A stretch of DNA of 64,000 nucleotides, taken from the IMG/VR virus record IMGVR_UViG_3300031951_000034, positions 32,001-96,000 of that record; one strand, given 5' to 3'. Position 1 is the stretch's first letter; each line of letters opens with the position of its first letter. The notes beneath the pieces were generated by a model. The model saw only the letters and a program-made list of their open reading frames with translations, was not told the DNA's origin and did no database searches. This DNA is from a virus. This document shows positions 10,276 to 21,569 of this stretch, piece by piece. Both the position numbers and the translations under genes were made by a program.

Positions 10276-12422
10276 AAAATACAATAACAGATTGTGAGTT
10301 TACTCCTCCATATATCTTGGAGTGTGAAGTAAAAATACCTAACTTTGTTTTTTTGTGTCCATCTCCAAAACAGGTTACACCAACCATATTTAGCGTAGAA
10401 TACGCTATACCTGGGTGTGTTGGGGCCACTGGCATACAAGGTACTCCAGGTGGTTTCGGTATACCTGGAGCAGTTGGAGCAATTGGGGCTACTGGGCAAA
10501 CTGGCCAACAAGGACTCCCTGGTTCTACTGGTATAACTGGTGATATAGGTTTAAGTGGCCCTCCTGGCCCTCCTGGTGGTTTTGGAGCAACTGGAGTAGA
10601 TGGACCCCCTGGAATCGCTGGACCAGTAGGTCCAGCTGGTCCAACAGGGCCTACTGGCCCACCAGGAGTTATTGGACCCAAAGGGGATACTGGAAAAAAC
10701 GGCAGCACTGGTCCCGCTGGACCAGATGGGCAACCAGGAAAAACAGGCAAGGTGGGATTACCTGGTTTACCTGGAAGCACTGGGACTGTTGGGCCTCCTG
10801 GAGTAGATGGACCTCAAGGAAGAGTTGGCCCAACTGGATCCAGGGGATTGCCTGGAGTATCTGGTCCTGTGGGGCCCCCTGGGCCTGTAGGGCCACCAGG
10901 TGGCGCTGGAGGACCTGGCGTTCCTGGAGCTTCTGGTTCTATTGGTCAACCTGGTGCTTCTGGCAGTCCAGGAAATCCTGGTACACCTGGTCCTGCTGGG
11001 CCTCCTGGTCCAATAGGAAATCCTGGACCAACTGGTCCACCTGGTACAAGCCCTTCTGGGCCACCTGGACCACCAGGAGGGCCAGGCCCAACTGGACCAC
11101 AAGGTCCTGCTGGCTCAAATGGAAACCCTGGGCCACCTGGAGTTACTGGACCACCTGGGGCGTCTGGTGCGCAAGGAGCATCTGGATCTGCTGGACCCCA
11201 AGGTCCTGCTGGACCTGCAGGTCAACCTAACTTAAATTTTGGTCCTCCTGGACCTCCTGGACCTAGTGGAACTCCTGGTTCTCCTGGTCCAACTGGACCT
11301 CCTGGCACTTCTTTACCGGGTCCTACTGGTCCTCCTGGACCTCCTGGACCTAGTGGAACTCCTGGTTCTGCTGGTACTCCTGGCGGAGTTGGGCCTGTTG
11401 GGCCACCTGGTCCTGCTGGGCCACCTGGTCCTTCAAACTTAAACTTTGGACTACCAGGTCCTCCTGGGGCAAGTGGCACTATGGGGCCACCTGGGCCAAC
11501 TGGACCTCCTGGAGCAACAGGTACAAACGGAAATCCGTCCCCAGGGCCAACTGGACCACCTGGTCCCCCTGGACCTGGGGCTTCTGGTAGTTACGGAAAC
11601 CCAGGGCCAACTGGGCCACCAGGAGCACCTGGTGCACCAAATTCTAATTTTGGACCTCCTGGTCCTGCTGGAACAAGTGTGCCTGGACTTCCTGGTCCTC
11701 CTGGACCCCCCGGAACAAATATACCTGGATTAACTGGACCGCCTGGGCCTCCTGGCCCAACTGGTCCACCTGGACCTCCTGGGCCAAGTGGAGCACCAAA
11801 TTCTAATTTTGGACCTCCTGGACCTCCAGGACTTCCATCTACTGTACCTGGACCGCCTGGGCCTCCAGGTCCTCCTGGGCCTAGTGGAACTCCAGGTACA
11901 TCAGGAAATCCTGGACCACCTGGCATAACTGGGCCTGATGGTCAACCTGGTCCTCCTGGAGCGAGCGGAACACCAAATAATAATCCTGGTCCTACTGGTG
12001 CATCTGGGGCAAGCGGGACCCCAAATACTACTCCTGGGCCTCCAGGTCCTCCTGGAGCCTCAGGATCAAATGGGCCTGCTGGAGCTCCAGGTCCTATTGG
12101 TCCACCTGGACCTGCTGGATCAAATGGTGTTGATGGGCTTATTGGCCCTATGGGACCTGTTGGTCCTCCTGGGCCAAGTGGTGCTGTAGGTGCACCTGGT
12201 GTATCTGGGCCCCCTGGCCCAACTGGACCTCCTGGTCTTTCTGGACCTCCTGGTCTTTCTGGACCTCCTGGTCTTTCTGGACCTGCTGGAGTAACTGGAC
12301 CCACTGGGGTAACTGGACCCCCTGGAAGTATACCACAACCTGGAACAGCTGGCGGAAATGGACAATCGAATTGTAGTGGTAGCTGTCAGATATGTTTTTA
12401 CATGAGAAGTCCAAGTTGCTAG
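10263..12422 (+). CDS. collagen-like protein 1 (719 aa)
   Basis: About 650 aa of interrupted Gly-X-Y repeats rich in GPP, with Cys-containing N- and C-terminal caps. Confidence 0.9.
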   Translation: MPDVKNTITDCEFTPPYILECEVKIPNFVFLCPSPKQVTPTIFSVEYAIPGCVGATGIQGTPGGFGIPGAVGAIGATGQTGQQGLPGSTGITGDIGLSGPPGPPGGFGATGVDGPPGIAGPVGPAGPTGPTGPPGVIGPKGDTGKNGSTGPAGPDGQPGKTGKVGLPGLPGSTGTVGPPGVDGPQGRVGPTGSRGLPGVSGPVGPPGPVGPPGGAGGPGVPGASGSIGQPGASGSPGNPGTPGPAGPPGPIGNPGPTGPPGTSPSGPPGPPGGPGPTGPQGPAGSNGNPGPPGVTGPPGASGAQGASGSAGPQGPAGPAGQPNLNFGPPGPPGPSGTPGSPGPTGPPGTSLPGPTGPPGPPGPSGTPGSAGTPGGVGPVGPPGPAGPPGPSNLNFGLPGPPGASGTMGPPGPTGPPGATGTNGNPSPGPTGPPGPPGPGASGSYGNPGPTGPPGAPGAPNSNFGPPGPAGTSVPGLPGPPGPPGTNIPGLTGPPGPPGPTGPPGPPGPSGAPNSNFGPPGPPGLPSTVPGPPGPPGPPGPSGTPGTSGNPGPPGITGPDGQPGPPGASGTPNNNPGPTGASGASGTPNTTPGPPGPPGASGSNGPAGAPGPIGPPGPAGSNGVDGLIGPMGPVGPPGPSGAVGAPGVSGPPGPTGPPGLSGPPGLSGPPGLSGPAGVTGPTGVTGPPGSIPQPGTAGGNGQSNCSGSCQICFYMRSPSC

Positions 12423-12449
12423 TATTATTACTAAATTTTTTTTATATCA

Positions 12450-14552
12450 ATGGATAAAGATTGTAAATTTATTCCCCCAGTTTTGTCTGATTGTGAGATA
12501 CAGGTTAAGCTACCAGATTTAATATGTAAAACTCCTGTTTTTGTATATAGTGTACTAAACACACAAGACTTAACCATTGGAATTCCAGGATGTAGTGGTG
12601 TTCCTGGAATTCCTGGTATAATTGGTCTTGACGGAAGCCCAGGCGCACCAGGCGCTCCCGGATTGATGGGTTCAACCGGTATTACGGGGGCCGTAGGAGT
12701 TAAAGGAGCAACAGGAGCAACTGGGTTAGCTGGTCCAACTGGTAACATTGGATTGCCTGGGCCCGCAGGACCGCCTGGGGATCCTATCCCTGGCCCAACT
12801 GGACCAATAGGAAATCAAGGCAAGAAAGGTGAAGATGGTCCCAAAGGAAACCCAGGTAAAGATGGTATACCAGGTCCTCCAGGATTGCCTGGGGTTCCTG
12901 GGTTAGATGGATCAGATGGTGTACGAGGTCTTCCTGGGATTAATGGAGCTACTGGATTACCTGGGGCTCCTGGGGTAATTGGTTTGACTGGGGGTCCGGG
13001 AGCGACGGGATTAACAGGAAATCCAGGCAATCAAGGACCTCCTGGGGTAGTTGGGGCTTCAGGCAACCCTGGACCCATGGGGCCACCAGGAGCGATTGGT
13101 TCTACTGGATCTGTTGGCTTACCTGGCCAAACGGGTAGTGATGGACCAGTTGGTCCTCCTGGTCCTGCTGGTCCTGCTGGTGGTGTAGGTCCTCCCGGTC
13201 CCCCTGGAGCATCAGGCACAGCTGGTCCTGCTGGTCCTGCTGGTGGTATTGGTAATCCTGGTCCAGTTGGTCCTCCTGGTGCCTCAGGATCTATTGGTGT
13301 GGCTGGACCTCCTGGTCCAACAGGACCACCTGGACCTACTGGTGTTGCGGGGACTAACGGTATTTCTGGCCCTCCTGGGCCATCTGGACCCGATGGAGTT
13401 ACTGGACCACCTGGCCCTACCGGTCCCCCAGGGGGCAATGGACCAAATGGCAACCAAGGTCCACCTGGAGCTACTGGAGTTGGTAACCCTGGACCTACTG
13501 GGCCTACAGGTCCTCCTGGGCCTAGTGGTACTTCCGGTAATCCAGGTGTATCTGGGCCGCCTGGATCAAGTGGACCTGCTGGACCTGCTGGAAACCCTGG
13601 AGTAACTGGACCACCTGGCCCAACTGGACCTCCTGGAGGTGTAGGACCTGCTGGATCTCAAGGTCCTGTTGGGCCTGCTGGAAATCCAGGAACTAATGCA
13701 ACCCCTGGACCTCCTGGACCTCCTGGACCTCCTGGACCCTCAGGCAGTGGCGGAGGCACTGGACCTCCTGGGCCTCCTGGACCTAGCGGAACTCCTGGTA
13801 ATAATGGACCAACTGGACCACCTGGCCCACCTGGGTACGGTATAACTGGTCCACCTGGACCACCTGGACCTAATAATGATGGCACCCCCGGAATACAAGG
13901 AGTAACTGGGCCTCCTGGTCCAACAGGACCACCTGGGCTACCTGGGAATGACGGTTTAACTGGACCACCTGGGCCTACAGGTCCTCCTGGATATAGTGTT
14001 ACTGGTCCTCCTGGTCCTGCTGGCCCTCCTGGAACTCCTGGAATATCGAATACTACTCCTGGACCACAAGGTCCTGCTGGATCACCTGGTCCTCCTGGAC
14101 CACCTGGACCATCTGGCTCGAATGGATACAATGGACCAACTGGGCCTCCTGGACCACCTGGACCAGATGGAGTAACTGGACCAGCAGGGCCGCCAGGACC
14201 TAACGGAAATCCAAATAGTAACTTTGGACCTCCTGGTCCTCCAGGTCCTACTGGCCCTGCTGGTTCTTCTAGCACTGTTAACGGGGTTCCAGGTCCGCCA
14301 GGTCCTACTGGCCCTGCTGGTCCTCCTGGGCCAAGTGGTGCTGTAGGTGCACCTGGTGTAACTGGACCTCCGGGGGTATCTGGTCCTGCTGGAGTTTCTG
14401 GACCTCCTGGTCTTTCTGGACCTGCTGGAGTAACTGGACCCCCTGGAGTAACTGGACCGCCTGGAGTAACTGGACCACCAGGAACTCCTGGGCCTCCTGG
14501 GCCTCCTGGTGGAAATACCTGTACTTCTTGCGTTACATGTAGTTGGTATTAA
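12450..14552 (+). CDS. collagen-like protein 2 (700 aa)
   Basis: Same layout: DCKFIPP N-cap, Gly-X-Y body, CTSCVTC C-cap. Confidence 0.9.
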   Translation: MDKDCKFIPPVLSDCEIQVKLPDLICKTPVFVYSVLNTQDLTIGIPGCSGVPGIPGIIGLDGSPGAPGAPGLMGSTGITGAVGVKGATGATGLAGPTGNIGLPGPAGPPGDPIPGPTGPIGNQGKKGEDGPKGNPGKDGIPGPPGLPGVPGLDGSDGVRGLPGINGATGLPGAPGVIGLTGGPGATGLTGNPGNQGPPGVVGASGNPGPMGPPGAIGSTGSVGLPGQTGSDGPVGPPGPAGPAGGVGPPGPPGASGTAGPAGPAGGIGNPGPVGPPGASGSIGVAGPPGPTGPPGPTGVAGTNGISGPPGPSGPDGVTGPPGPTGPPGGNGPNGNQGPPGATGVGNPGPTGPTGPPGPSGTSGNPGVSGPPGSSGPAGPAGNPGVTGPPGPTGPPGGVGPAGSQGPVGPAGNPGTNATPGPPGPPGPPGPSGSGGGTGPPGPPGPSGTPGNNGPTGPPGPPGYGITGPPGPPGPNNDGTPGIQGVTGPPGPTGPPGLPGNDGLTGPPGPTGPPGYSVTGPPGPAGPPGTPGISNTTPGPQGPAGSPGPPGPPGPSGSNGYNGPTGPPGPPGPDGVTGPAGPPGPNGNPNSNFGPPGPPGPTGPAGSSSTVNGVPGPPGPTGPAGPPGPSGAVGAPGVTGPPGVSGPAGVSGPPGLSGPAGVTGPPGVTGPPGVTGPPGTPGPPGPPGGNTCTSCVTCSWY

Positions 14553-14573
14553 TATATAATACACTTACACTGA

Positions 14574-16685
14574 ATGAATGACTGTGATTTTACGCCACCG
14601 CTAATTGAGCCTTGTGACATTAAATTAATAGATCCTATTAATTTATGTAAAACCCCAGAGATATTAGACAATTTAGAAATCAATACTCAAATTGATCCGA
14701 TAGACGGGTGTCTCGGGGCAACAGGTCCATCTGGTCAACAGGGAATACCAGGAGTTAATGGATCTCCTGGTGCTTTTGGAATTACTGGAGCAACAGGATT
14801 AATTGGAGCAACAGGATCTACTGGGGTAACTGGCCCCATGGGTGATCCAGGCAGAAATGCAGGAGCTACTGGTTCTTTTGGGGCAATAGGAAAAAAAGGG
14901 GTAAATACAATGGGTCCAGTAGGACCCAGAGGCCCCACTGGACCAGATGGTTTACAAGGAGATACTGGACCAGATGGAGATGATGGACTGCCAGGTGTGC
15001 AGGGGCCACCAGGTAAAGATGGACCGCCAGGATTAAATGGAGCGACTGGATTACCTGGGGCTATTGGGGTTCCTGGGCTTAGAGGAGCTACAGGTATGCA
15101 GGGCGCAACAGGAAACGTAGGTCCGCCTGGACAAAAAGGATATGACGGACCAGTTGGACCGATGGGAGCAACTGGACAACAAGGTCCACAAGGAACCATA
15201 GTAGGTCCTCCTGGTGCGTCTGGCTCACCTGGTCTTGCTGGTCCATCTGGAACCCCTGGAACACCGAATACTACTCCTGGTCCTGCTGGTCCCCCAGGAA
15301 CAACACCTGGTCCGCAGGGTCCACCTGGACCCCAAGGGCCAGCCGGAGGGGTTGGCAATCCTGGACCACCTGGAGTTAGTGTCACTGGACCACCTGGGCC
15401 TCCTGGCGCTACTGGCGCGGCTGGACCGCAAGGAGCCCCTGGCAATCCAGGAGCTACTGGGCCTGCAGGATTGGCTGGGCAATCTGGACCGCCTGGAATT
15501 GCTGGACCATCTGGACCGCCTGGATCAAATGGGCCTGCTGGAGCTCCTGGCGCTCCAGGAATATCTGTGTCTGGACCACCTGGACCACCTGGACCGGCTG
15601 GTTACGGAGCTCCAGGTCCTACTGGTCCACCTGGACCAACAGGCCCTCCTGGACAAAATAACGCAGTAGATGGTGCATCCGGTCTTGCTGGTCCTCCTGG
15701 TCCAACTGGACCTCCTGGAACATCAGGATCAAATGGACCTGCTGGAGCTCCAGGTCCAGCTGGGTCTATTATTCCTGGAATCAGTGGACCTCCTGGTCCT
15801 CCTGGACCCAGTGGAACTCCAGGCTCAAGTCTTCCTGGACCTCCTGGGCCTACAGGTCCTCCTGGGGGTGGAACTCCTGGTCCTCCTGGTCCAACTGGAC
15901 CTCCTGGAGCATCAGGATCAAATGGGCCTGCTGGAGCTCCAGGTCCAACTGGATCTATTATTCCTGGACCTACTGGGAATACTGGGCCGACTACTTCACC
16001 GCCTGGTTCACCTGGCTCTCAGGGAGCTACTGGTCCTGCTGGTCCACCTGGACCAACTGGATCAGGAGGGCCGCCTGGATCAAATGGGCCTGCTGGAGCT
16101 CCAGGTCCAACTGGATCTACTACTCCTGGACCTACTGGCCCACCTGGACCTACCGGATCGCATGGCGTAGATGGACAAACTGGGCCATATGGTCCCCCTG
16201 GAGCATCTGGGGCACAAGGAGCAACTGGGGCATCTGGTACACCTGGTTCAGACGGTTCACCTGGCCCAGCGGGCCCATCTGGCTCGCCTGGATCAAATGG
16301 GCCTGCCGGACCTAGCGGATCTGCCGGTACGGACGGTTTAACTGGACCACCTGGGCCTACAGGTCCTCCTGGACCACCTGGACCATCTGGCTCGGCTGGA
16401 TACGATGGACCAACTGGGCCTCCTGGACCACCTGGACCTACTGGTCCCCCAGGAGTTGCCGGACCATCTGGGCCACCTGGCCCAACTGGACCTCCTGGTC
16501 TTTCTGGACCTCCTGGTCTTTCTGGACCTCCTGGTCTTTCTGGACCTGCTGGAGTAACTGGTCCTGCTGGAGTAACTGGTCCTGCTGGACACCCAGGTAC
16601 AACCGCTGACGGGAGTACTGTAGGTGCAAGAGGTCCCGGTGGATGCGCAAATGCTAATTCTTGCTGTCAGGCGAAATTCAGTTAA
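14574..16685 (+). CDS. collagen-like protein 3 (703 aa)
   Basis: Same layout: DCDFTPP N-cap, Gly-X-Y body, [11 protein letters not shown]-cap. Confidence 0.9.
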   Translation: MNDCDFTPPLIEPCDIKLIDPINLCKTPEILDNLEINTQIDPIDGCLGATGPSGQQGIPGVNGSPGAFGITGATGLIGATGSTGVTGPMGDPGRNAGATGSFGAIGKKGVNTMGPVGPRGPTGPDGLQGDTGPDGDDGLPGVQGPPGKDGPPGLNGATGLPGAIGVPGLRGATGMQGATGNVGPPGQKGYDGPVGPMGATGQQGPQGTIVGPPGASGSPGLAGPSGTPGTPNTTPGPAGPPGTTPGPQGPPGPQGPAGGVGNPGPPGVSVTGPPGPPGATGAAGPQGAPGNPGATGPAGLAGQSGPPGIAGPSGPPGSNGPAGAPGAPGISVSGPPGPPGPAGYGAPGPTGPPGPTGPPGQNNAVDGASGLAGPPGPTGPPGTSGSNGPAGAPGPAGSIIPGISGPPGPPGPSGTPGSSLPGPPGPTGPPGGGTPGPPGPTGPPGASGSNGPAGAPGPTGSIIPGPTGNTGPTTSPPGSPGSQGATGPAGPPGPTGSGGPPGSNGPAGAPGPTGSTTPGPTGPPGPTGSHGVDGQTGPYGPPGASGAQGATGASGTPGSDGSPGPAGPSGSPGSNGPAGPSGSAGTDGLTGPPGPTGPPGPPGPSGSAGYDGPTGPPGPPGPTGPPGVAGPSGPPGPTGPPGLSGPPGLSGPPGLSGPAGVTGPAGVTGPAGHPGTTADGSTVGARGPGGCANANSCCQAKFS

Positions 16686-16695
16686 TAATATATTT

Positions 16696-17418
16696 ATGCA
16701 AAAAACAGTTTTGATTATAAAGAGAGAAACAAGCAACAGTAATAGAATAGACAGCGGTAAGCTATTGCAGCTTGCAGGTTTTTTACTTAAAGTAAGTGTA
16801 GATGTTGCACACAATATAGATAGAAATATATTTGTAATGCAACGAGATGTTTCATCTTCTTATTCACAAAATGAATTAGACACATTTTATTCCGTAGCTT
16901 CAGTTGGAGAACTTGAATGGATACCAGCGAATCATCCGGATCCCAGTGGTACAAGTTTTTTTAGAACTGATACAATTGAATTAATGTTCGAAAGCAAAAA
17001 AGAATTAGAGGATTCTTGGAGGAAAATATCATCAGAGGTATTTAGCTTAGCTGAATCGAATGATTTATCTATAAATATTGAACCAGATTTAATCGCGTCT
17101 TATCCGTCAGATGCTATAAGTTTATATTATGGAGTTACAAATAGCACGCCATCGGCCACGGAAATATCTGGTTTAACTAACTTACCAACTCCAATACAGG
17201 ACCTTAAACATATAGACACATTTGATGGAGATAGTTATTTCACGGTAGCCATCCCAATATATACTAAAGACAGAAATTTTTATATAGACAATACACTTGC
17301 TTTGTCTGTAAAAAGTGATATGACAATAACAAATAAATACGATGTACCAATTCCATACAAAGTATATACAACTACTGATGAAGTTCCACCTGGACTTCAC
17401 ACAATAACATTTAAATAA
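16696..17418 (+). CDS. hypothetical protein, probably virion-associated
   Basis: ORF in the structural operon. ATG at 16696 is preferred over the GTG at 16624, which lies inside the collagen gene. Confidence 0.55.
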   Translation: MQKTVLIIKRETSNSNRIDSGKLLQLAGFLLKVSVDVAHNIDRNIFVMQRDVSSSYSQNELDTFYSVASVGELEWIPANHPDPSGTSFFRTDTIELMFESKKELEDSWRKISSEVFSLAESNDLSINIEPDLIASYPSDAISLYYGVTNSTPSATEISGLTNLPTPIQDLKHIDTFDGDSYFTVAIPIYTKDRNFYIDNTLALSVKSDMTITNKYDVPIPYKVYTTTDEVPPGLHTITFK

Positions 17419-17419
17419 T

Positions 17420-17725
17420 ATGGTAATAACAAAAAAAAGAGCTTTATCTTTGGCTTCTTCATTGTCTATCGCTAAAGACATACCGGAGTTCATTCCAGTG
17501 TACGAGCAATTTAAAGTTAAAAATTCAGAGCTACAAAAAAAGAAAGGCTGCAGCTCTTGCGAAGTTAATTCATTATTTGCGGATGTATCTGATCAAGCAT
17601 TAGCAGTAATGACAACGCTATCTGAGAGCAGTAAGAAAAAATTAAAAGAGATACTAGCTACTGACGGGCCAATATATGTTTATAGCTCTAGCAAGGCCGG
17701 GGTCAATATGAAGAGGATAGATTAA
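17420..17725 (+). CDS. hypothetical protein with CxxC (GCSSC)
   Basis: 101-aa ORF closely spaced to its neighbours. Confidence 0.55.
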   Translation: MVITKKRALSLASSLSIAKDIPEFIPVYEQFKVKNSELQKKKGCSSCEVNSLFADVSDQALAVMTTLSESSKKKLKEILATDGPIYVYSSSKAGVNMKRID

Positions 17726-17727
17726 AT

Positions 17728-19470
17728 ATGAACATATTTTGTTTTATTTTTGTTTACGTAGTTCTATCTGTTTCTGTTTTTGCACAGTCAAAGCCATTGG
17801 ACCTATCTAACGCTATTCTACAGTTAAGCGACTATCAGCAAAAAATTGCAAAGGGGCAAGCAAATGGATACGCTCCACTTGATTCTAGTATATTGGTTCC
17901 ACCTCAATATATTTTCCCAAATTTTAACTCAAGTCCATCTGGTACAATTTGGACTAAGTCTTCGAATGGGACACTTCAATCTATCTCAAATTCTCTTAAT
18001 TTTTATGATGGTGGGCTTTTGATAAATAGAGTGAAAATAGGTTCGCTAGGAGATGATAAATATGGAATATCTATTGATCCTAATCAATCTAACCCATTAT
18101 TTATAAGCGCTGGTTCATCTAGCGGAAGAATATATTTCCAAAACGGTAATGAGGTTGGGGCAGCAAACACAAATAATACAGATTATTTATGGTCAATAAA
18201 AAGCTCTGGTCAGTTTAAACTAGGTACAGGAAATTTTTCTGGTGACATAAATTTAGGTTCAAAAAATATAGTTGAGGTTAGTGAGATAAAACCTTCATCA
18301 CCTCTACCAGGTCAGTCATTAACTGGCATCAAGGTTAAACTATCTAGTTCGTCTCCAGAAATTTCTAGTCTAGGAGCAGACCAAACACTTAAATTTACTG
18401 GTTCGAATTTTAATCTAGGAATTAATGACATATCAGCAATTGATTCAAACTATCAAATTAAAAAGTCATTTGCATTAAACATATCAACTGCTGATGCTAG
18501 ATATGCGAAGCTTGGTACAGTAAATTCCTGGCCCCAAACTCAAAACTTTAATCAAGTAGCCCTAGGAACACCTCTTTCAACTCAATATGGCGGATTAGGG
18601 GTAGACCTAAGCACTGAATCTGGCAAGGCCATAGCAAGGACTAATCTTGGTATAGATCAAACCCAGCCATTCAATATTAGACTTCAGCAAATATCTAATA
18701 TGTCCCCCTCGATTAATTCATTTATTGTCGGTACTACCGGAAATGGTTTTGCGCAAAAGACAAAAGATGAAACAGTTCAAATACTGGGATTAGTTCCAGG
18801 ACAGAACATTCAACCATTCAGTACACTTTTGTCTTCTATCTCTAGCTCATCCAACAATACAGATAGCGGAGTTAAATATTTTTATGTACTTTCTGGCGGT
18901 GTAACTCCAACTGTAAATAGACGGTCATCTATAGATGCTAGGTCAGACTTAGGATTATCAATATTGGGCTCAAGCCTAGTCACAGCTACTTCAGCAACAA
19001 GTATGCAAGCACTTTTACAGCTTTTACCTGGAACACATGTTCAGCAATTCAATACCATACTATCTCAAATATCTTCAAATAATTGGACTGGTTCTACCTC
19101 AATAACTACTGTTGGTAATGTTGCGCAAGGGAGGTGGGAGTCTACAGCGATAACACCAAATAGAGGTGGAACTGGGTTAACTCAAGTACCCGCTCAAGGA
19201 CAAATTATTGCTGGAACATCTACTGGATCGTATGAACTAACTAGATCATTAACCCTTCAATCATTAGCGCTAACCTCTAACAGCACGTCAGTATCTCCAC
19301 TTACCACAAATTCAACTGCAAAAGTTAATAACTTAAATGCAGACCTCGTAGATGGAATAGATCTTAGCACTCAGTTAAATAAAACAGTAACTTTTATTGA
19401 CGGACAAACAAAAACTCATACAATTGTTATTGAAAACGGATTAATAAAAAGCTGGGAAAAGACACCTTAG
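17728..19470 (+). CDS. tail fibre-like protein with an apparent N-terminal signal peptide (580 aa)
   Basis: Fibre motifs KGQANGYAPLD, ARTNLGI/ARSDLGL, ITTVGNVAQGRW...GGTG and NLNADLVDG. Hydrophobic N-terminus ending VFA-Q. Confidence 0.65.
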   Translation: MNIFCFIFVYVVLSVSVFAQSKPLDLSNAILQLSDYQQKIAKGQANGYAPLDSSILVPPQYIFPNFNSSPSGTIWTKSSNGTLQSISNSLNFYDGGLLINRVKIGSLGDDKYGISIDPNQSNPLFISAGSSSGRIYFQNGNEVGAANTNNTDYLWSIKSSGQFKLGTGNFSGDINLGSKNIVEVSEIKPSSPLPGQSLTGIKVKLSSSSPEISSLGADQTLKFTGSNFNLGINDISAIDSNYQIKKSFALNISTADARYAKLGTVNSWPQTQNFNQVALGTPLSTQYGGLGVDLSTESGKAIARTNLGIDQTQPFNIRLQQISNMSPSINSFIVGTTGNGFAQKTKDETVQILGLVPGQNIQPFSTLLSSISSSSNNTDSGVKYFYVLSGGVTPTVNRRSSIDARSDLGLSILGSSLVTATSATSMQALLQLLPGTHVQQFNTILSQISSNNWTGSTSITTVGNVAQGRWESTAITPNRGGTGLTQVPAQGQIIAGTSTGSYELTRSLTLQSLALTSNSTSVSPLTTNSTAKVNNLNADLVDGIDLSTQLNKTVTFIDGQTKTHTIVIENGLIKSWEKTP

Positions 19471-19473
19471 AAT

Positions 19474-19998
19474 ATGAAAGACATAGTTGAAGGAAATATA
19501 TTTGCGCCTGACTACATGACAATTCCCACTATTCAGGCTCCGTTACCAGGAAATGACCCAGTTGTGTATACAAGAGGGCAGACATTATCTTTTATGGTTA
19601 AGTATCCAGCTGGTACTAAAAGACTTTTATTTACTGTTAGTGGAAGAATTTATGCGTCTGGGGGTGAACTATTCAAACAAATAGTTTATCCAGACCCAAA
19701 CTCAGGTGGAGTAGCAGAGTTTACTGTTACTGGTGCAGATACTTTAGCTCTGCCGACTGGAATGTTTTATTGGGATATTTTTCAGTTGAGAGATGATGGA
19801 TCTAGAGATATATGGAACTCATACAATAAGGGAACATTTAATCTAGTTGATAGTCCATCTGTACATTTCCTAGAAAACGATATGCCACCTGAAGAATGCT
19901 GGACTAGCGACGAAATTCACGTCCCTGGGTGTCACGAACACTGCGACACTAAGGAATGTTTAACCGAGACGTCAGTAATTGATGCTGGTGAATATTAA
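19474..19998 (+). CDS. putative Ig-like (BppU-N-like) tail adaptor protein
   Basis: Pattern RGQTLSF...FTVTGADT..LP.G.FYWDI, located right after the fibre gene. Confidence 0.4.
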   Translation: MKDIVEGNIFAPDYMTIPTIQAPLPGNDPVVYTRGQTLSFMVKYPAGTKRLLFTVSGRIYASGGELFKQIVYPDPNSGGVAEFTVTGADTLALPTGMFYWDIFQLRDDGSRDIWNSYNKGTFNLVDSPSVHFLENDMPPEECWTSDEIHVPGCHEHCDTKECLTETSVIDAGEY

Positions 19999-20047
19999 AA
20001 AAAATAATTATTGATTTTATGTCGGTGTCGTATAGAAATACTCATTT

Positions 20048-21199
20048 ATGAGATTTCACATTCTTGGATTGCCTCACACGGTTACAAATAAAGAATTTGT
20101 TGCCTGTGCGTACACACAAAAAGTATTAAAGTTTGGGAAGATGATGAAAGCTAGGGGCCATGAAATAATACATTATGGCCATGAAGATTCTGAGCTTGTT
20201 TGCGATGAACATGTGAGTGTCCTTACAAATAAAGACTTCAGTGATGTATATGGATCTCACGACTGGAGAAAAAAATTCTTCAAGTTTGACGTAAACGATA
20301 ATGCATATCAGACGTTCCATAAGAACGCAATAACAGAGATACAAAAGAGAAAACAAAAAAATGATTTTCTTTTACCTTTTTGGGGCTATGGGGTAAAGGC
20401 AATATGTGATGCACACGAAGACATGATTGTTGTGGAACCAGGAATAGGATACGCTGGTGGACATTGGGCTAAGTGGAAAGTATTTGAGTCTTATGCTATT
20501 TATCACGCTTATTGCGGATTACAGAATGTCGGTCAATGCAATCAATCATGGTATGATGTAGTTATTCCCAACTATTTTGATTTAAATGATTTCGAGTACT
20601 CAGATAAAAAAGAAGATTATTTTTTGTACCTAGGGAGAGTATATGACGGTAAAGGAGTTCATGTAGCAATACAAGCAGCTGAAAAAGCTGGAGTCAAGCT
20701 AGTTATAGCTGGCCAAAAAGATGAAAACTTCAAGATACCTAGCTCAGTTGAATATATTGGATATGCAGATATAGATACACGCAAAAAATTAATGAAATAT
20801 GCAAAAGCTAGTTTTATCCCAAGCATGTATGTAGAGCCTTTTGGTGGAGTTCAAATAGAGAATTTATTGTCTGGCACACCAACAATAACTACAGATTGGG
20901 GTTGCTTTGCAGAAAATAATATACATGGCATAACTGGATATAGATGCAGAACAATGGGGGACTTTATATCTGCAATAAAAAATATAGATAAAATAAAACC
21001 ATCGGATTGTAGAAAATGGGGAGAGAATTTTTCTTTAGAATCTGTTGGAGCGATGTATGAAAAATATTTTCAAGACGTATTAAATGTATATACTGGCAAT
21101 GGTTGGTATTCCGGTGAATCTGAGCTTTTTCTAAAGTATTTGGATAGAAACTATACATCTCTTGAGGGTAGTACAAAAGTTAACGAACTTATTCCATAA
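20048..21199 (+). CDS. glycosyltransferase, GT-B fold (GT4-like)
   Basis: YLGRV..GKG and EPFGGVQIENLLSGTP (E-x7-E) motifs. Confidence 0.85.
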   Translation: MRFHILGLPHTVTNKEFVACAYTQKVLKFGKMMKARGHEIIHYGHEDSELVCDEHVSVLTNKDFSDVYGSHDWRKKFFKFDVNDNAYQTFHKNAITEIQKRKQKNDFLLPFWGYGVKAICDAHEDMIVVEPGIGYAGGHWAKWKVFESYAIYHAYCGLQNVGQCNQSWYDVVIPNYFDLNDFEYSDKKEDYFLYLGRVYDGKGVHVAIQAAEKAGVKLVIAGQKDENFKIPSSVEYIGYADIDTRKKLMKYAKASFIPSMYVEPFGGVQIENLLSGTPTITTDWGCFAENNIHGITGYRCRTMGDFISAIKNIDKIKPSDCRKWGENFSLESVGAMYEKYFQDVLNVYTGNGWYSGESELFLKYLDRNYTSLEGSTKVNELIP

Positions 21200-21224
21200 T
21201 AAATTAGATATACAATTTTAGTAT

Positions 21225-21395
21225 ATGGGCAAAACGATTAGACGCTTAGGTGAACAAGCAGATGGTAAATCAAAAAGAAAAAATGATTACCACTCTTTTA
21301 TTAAAAAGAAAAAAAATAAAAGCGAAAGACGTAGAGCAAAACTAGATCCAGAGACTCCCCCAGCATACGGTAAGTACAAAGGATGGGAGACTTGA
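21225..21395 (+). CDS. small basic hypothetical protein (56 aa)
   Basis: Read by eye: MGKTIRRLGEQ...KYKGWET*. It is below the ORF-track cutoff. Confidence 0.55.
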   Translation: MGKTIRRLGEQADGKSKRKNDYHSFIKKKKNKSERRRAKLDPETPPAYGKYKGWET

Positions 21396-21398
21396 ATT

Positions 21399-21552
21399 AG
21401 AAGCAGCGGCGTGGAGAGTCAAACGGTTCGATGCATGGCTACATGCCGTGGGCAAAACCGAAGAGATAACGTGGACACGCAACAAGAGGAAGACGAACAC
21501 CTCATAAAAAACGGCTATCAAAATTAGATGGAGTAACGACCATCCTGCTTCT
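21399..21552 (+). ncRNA. tRNA-like structured RNA with an expanded D-loop
   Basis: AGAAGCAG/CTGCTTCT acceptor-like stem, GCGTG/CACGC D-like stem, and GATGG/CCATC T-like stem directly abutting the 3' acceptor strand. Confidence 0.5.
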
Positions 21553-21569
21553 TTTTGTTTAACCAGAAA

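Noticed and set aside
12223-12282. 18-nt tandem repeats resembling an array
   Set aside because: They are in-frame GPPGLS coding repeats with no spacers. No CRISPR array or cas gene was found in the window.
14088-16438. 77-nt near-repeat (14088-14164 vs 16362-16438) whose 3 mismatches all fall at A in AAT codons, like a DGR template/variable pair
   Set aside because: There are only three mismatches and both copies are coding. No non-coding template repeat or Avd-like gene was seen, and the RT has retron-type LPQG.P.SP rather than the DGR SQ motif. Gene conversion explains it.
10035-16814. Many antisense and alternate-frame ORFs over the collagen genes
   Set aside because: These are shadow ORFs. 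GGN-CCN-rich repeats lack stop codons in other frames, and the products are mirror PG repeats or Leu/Val/Asp low-complexity text.
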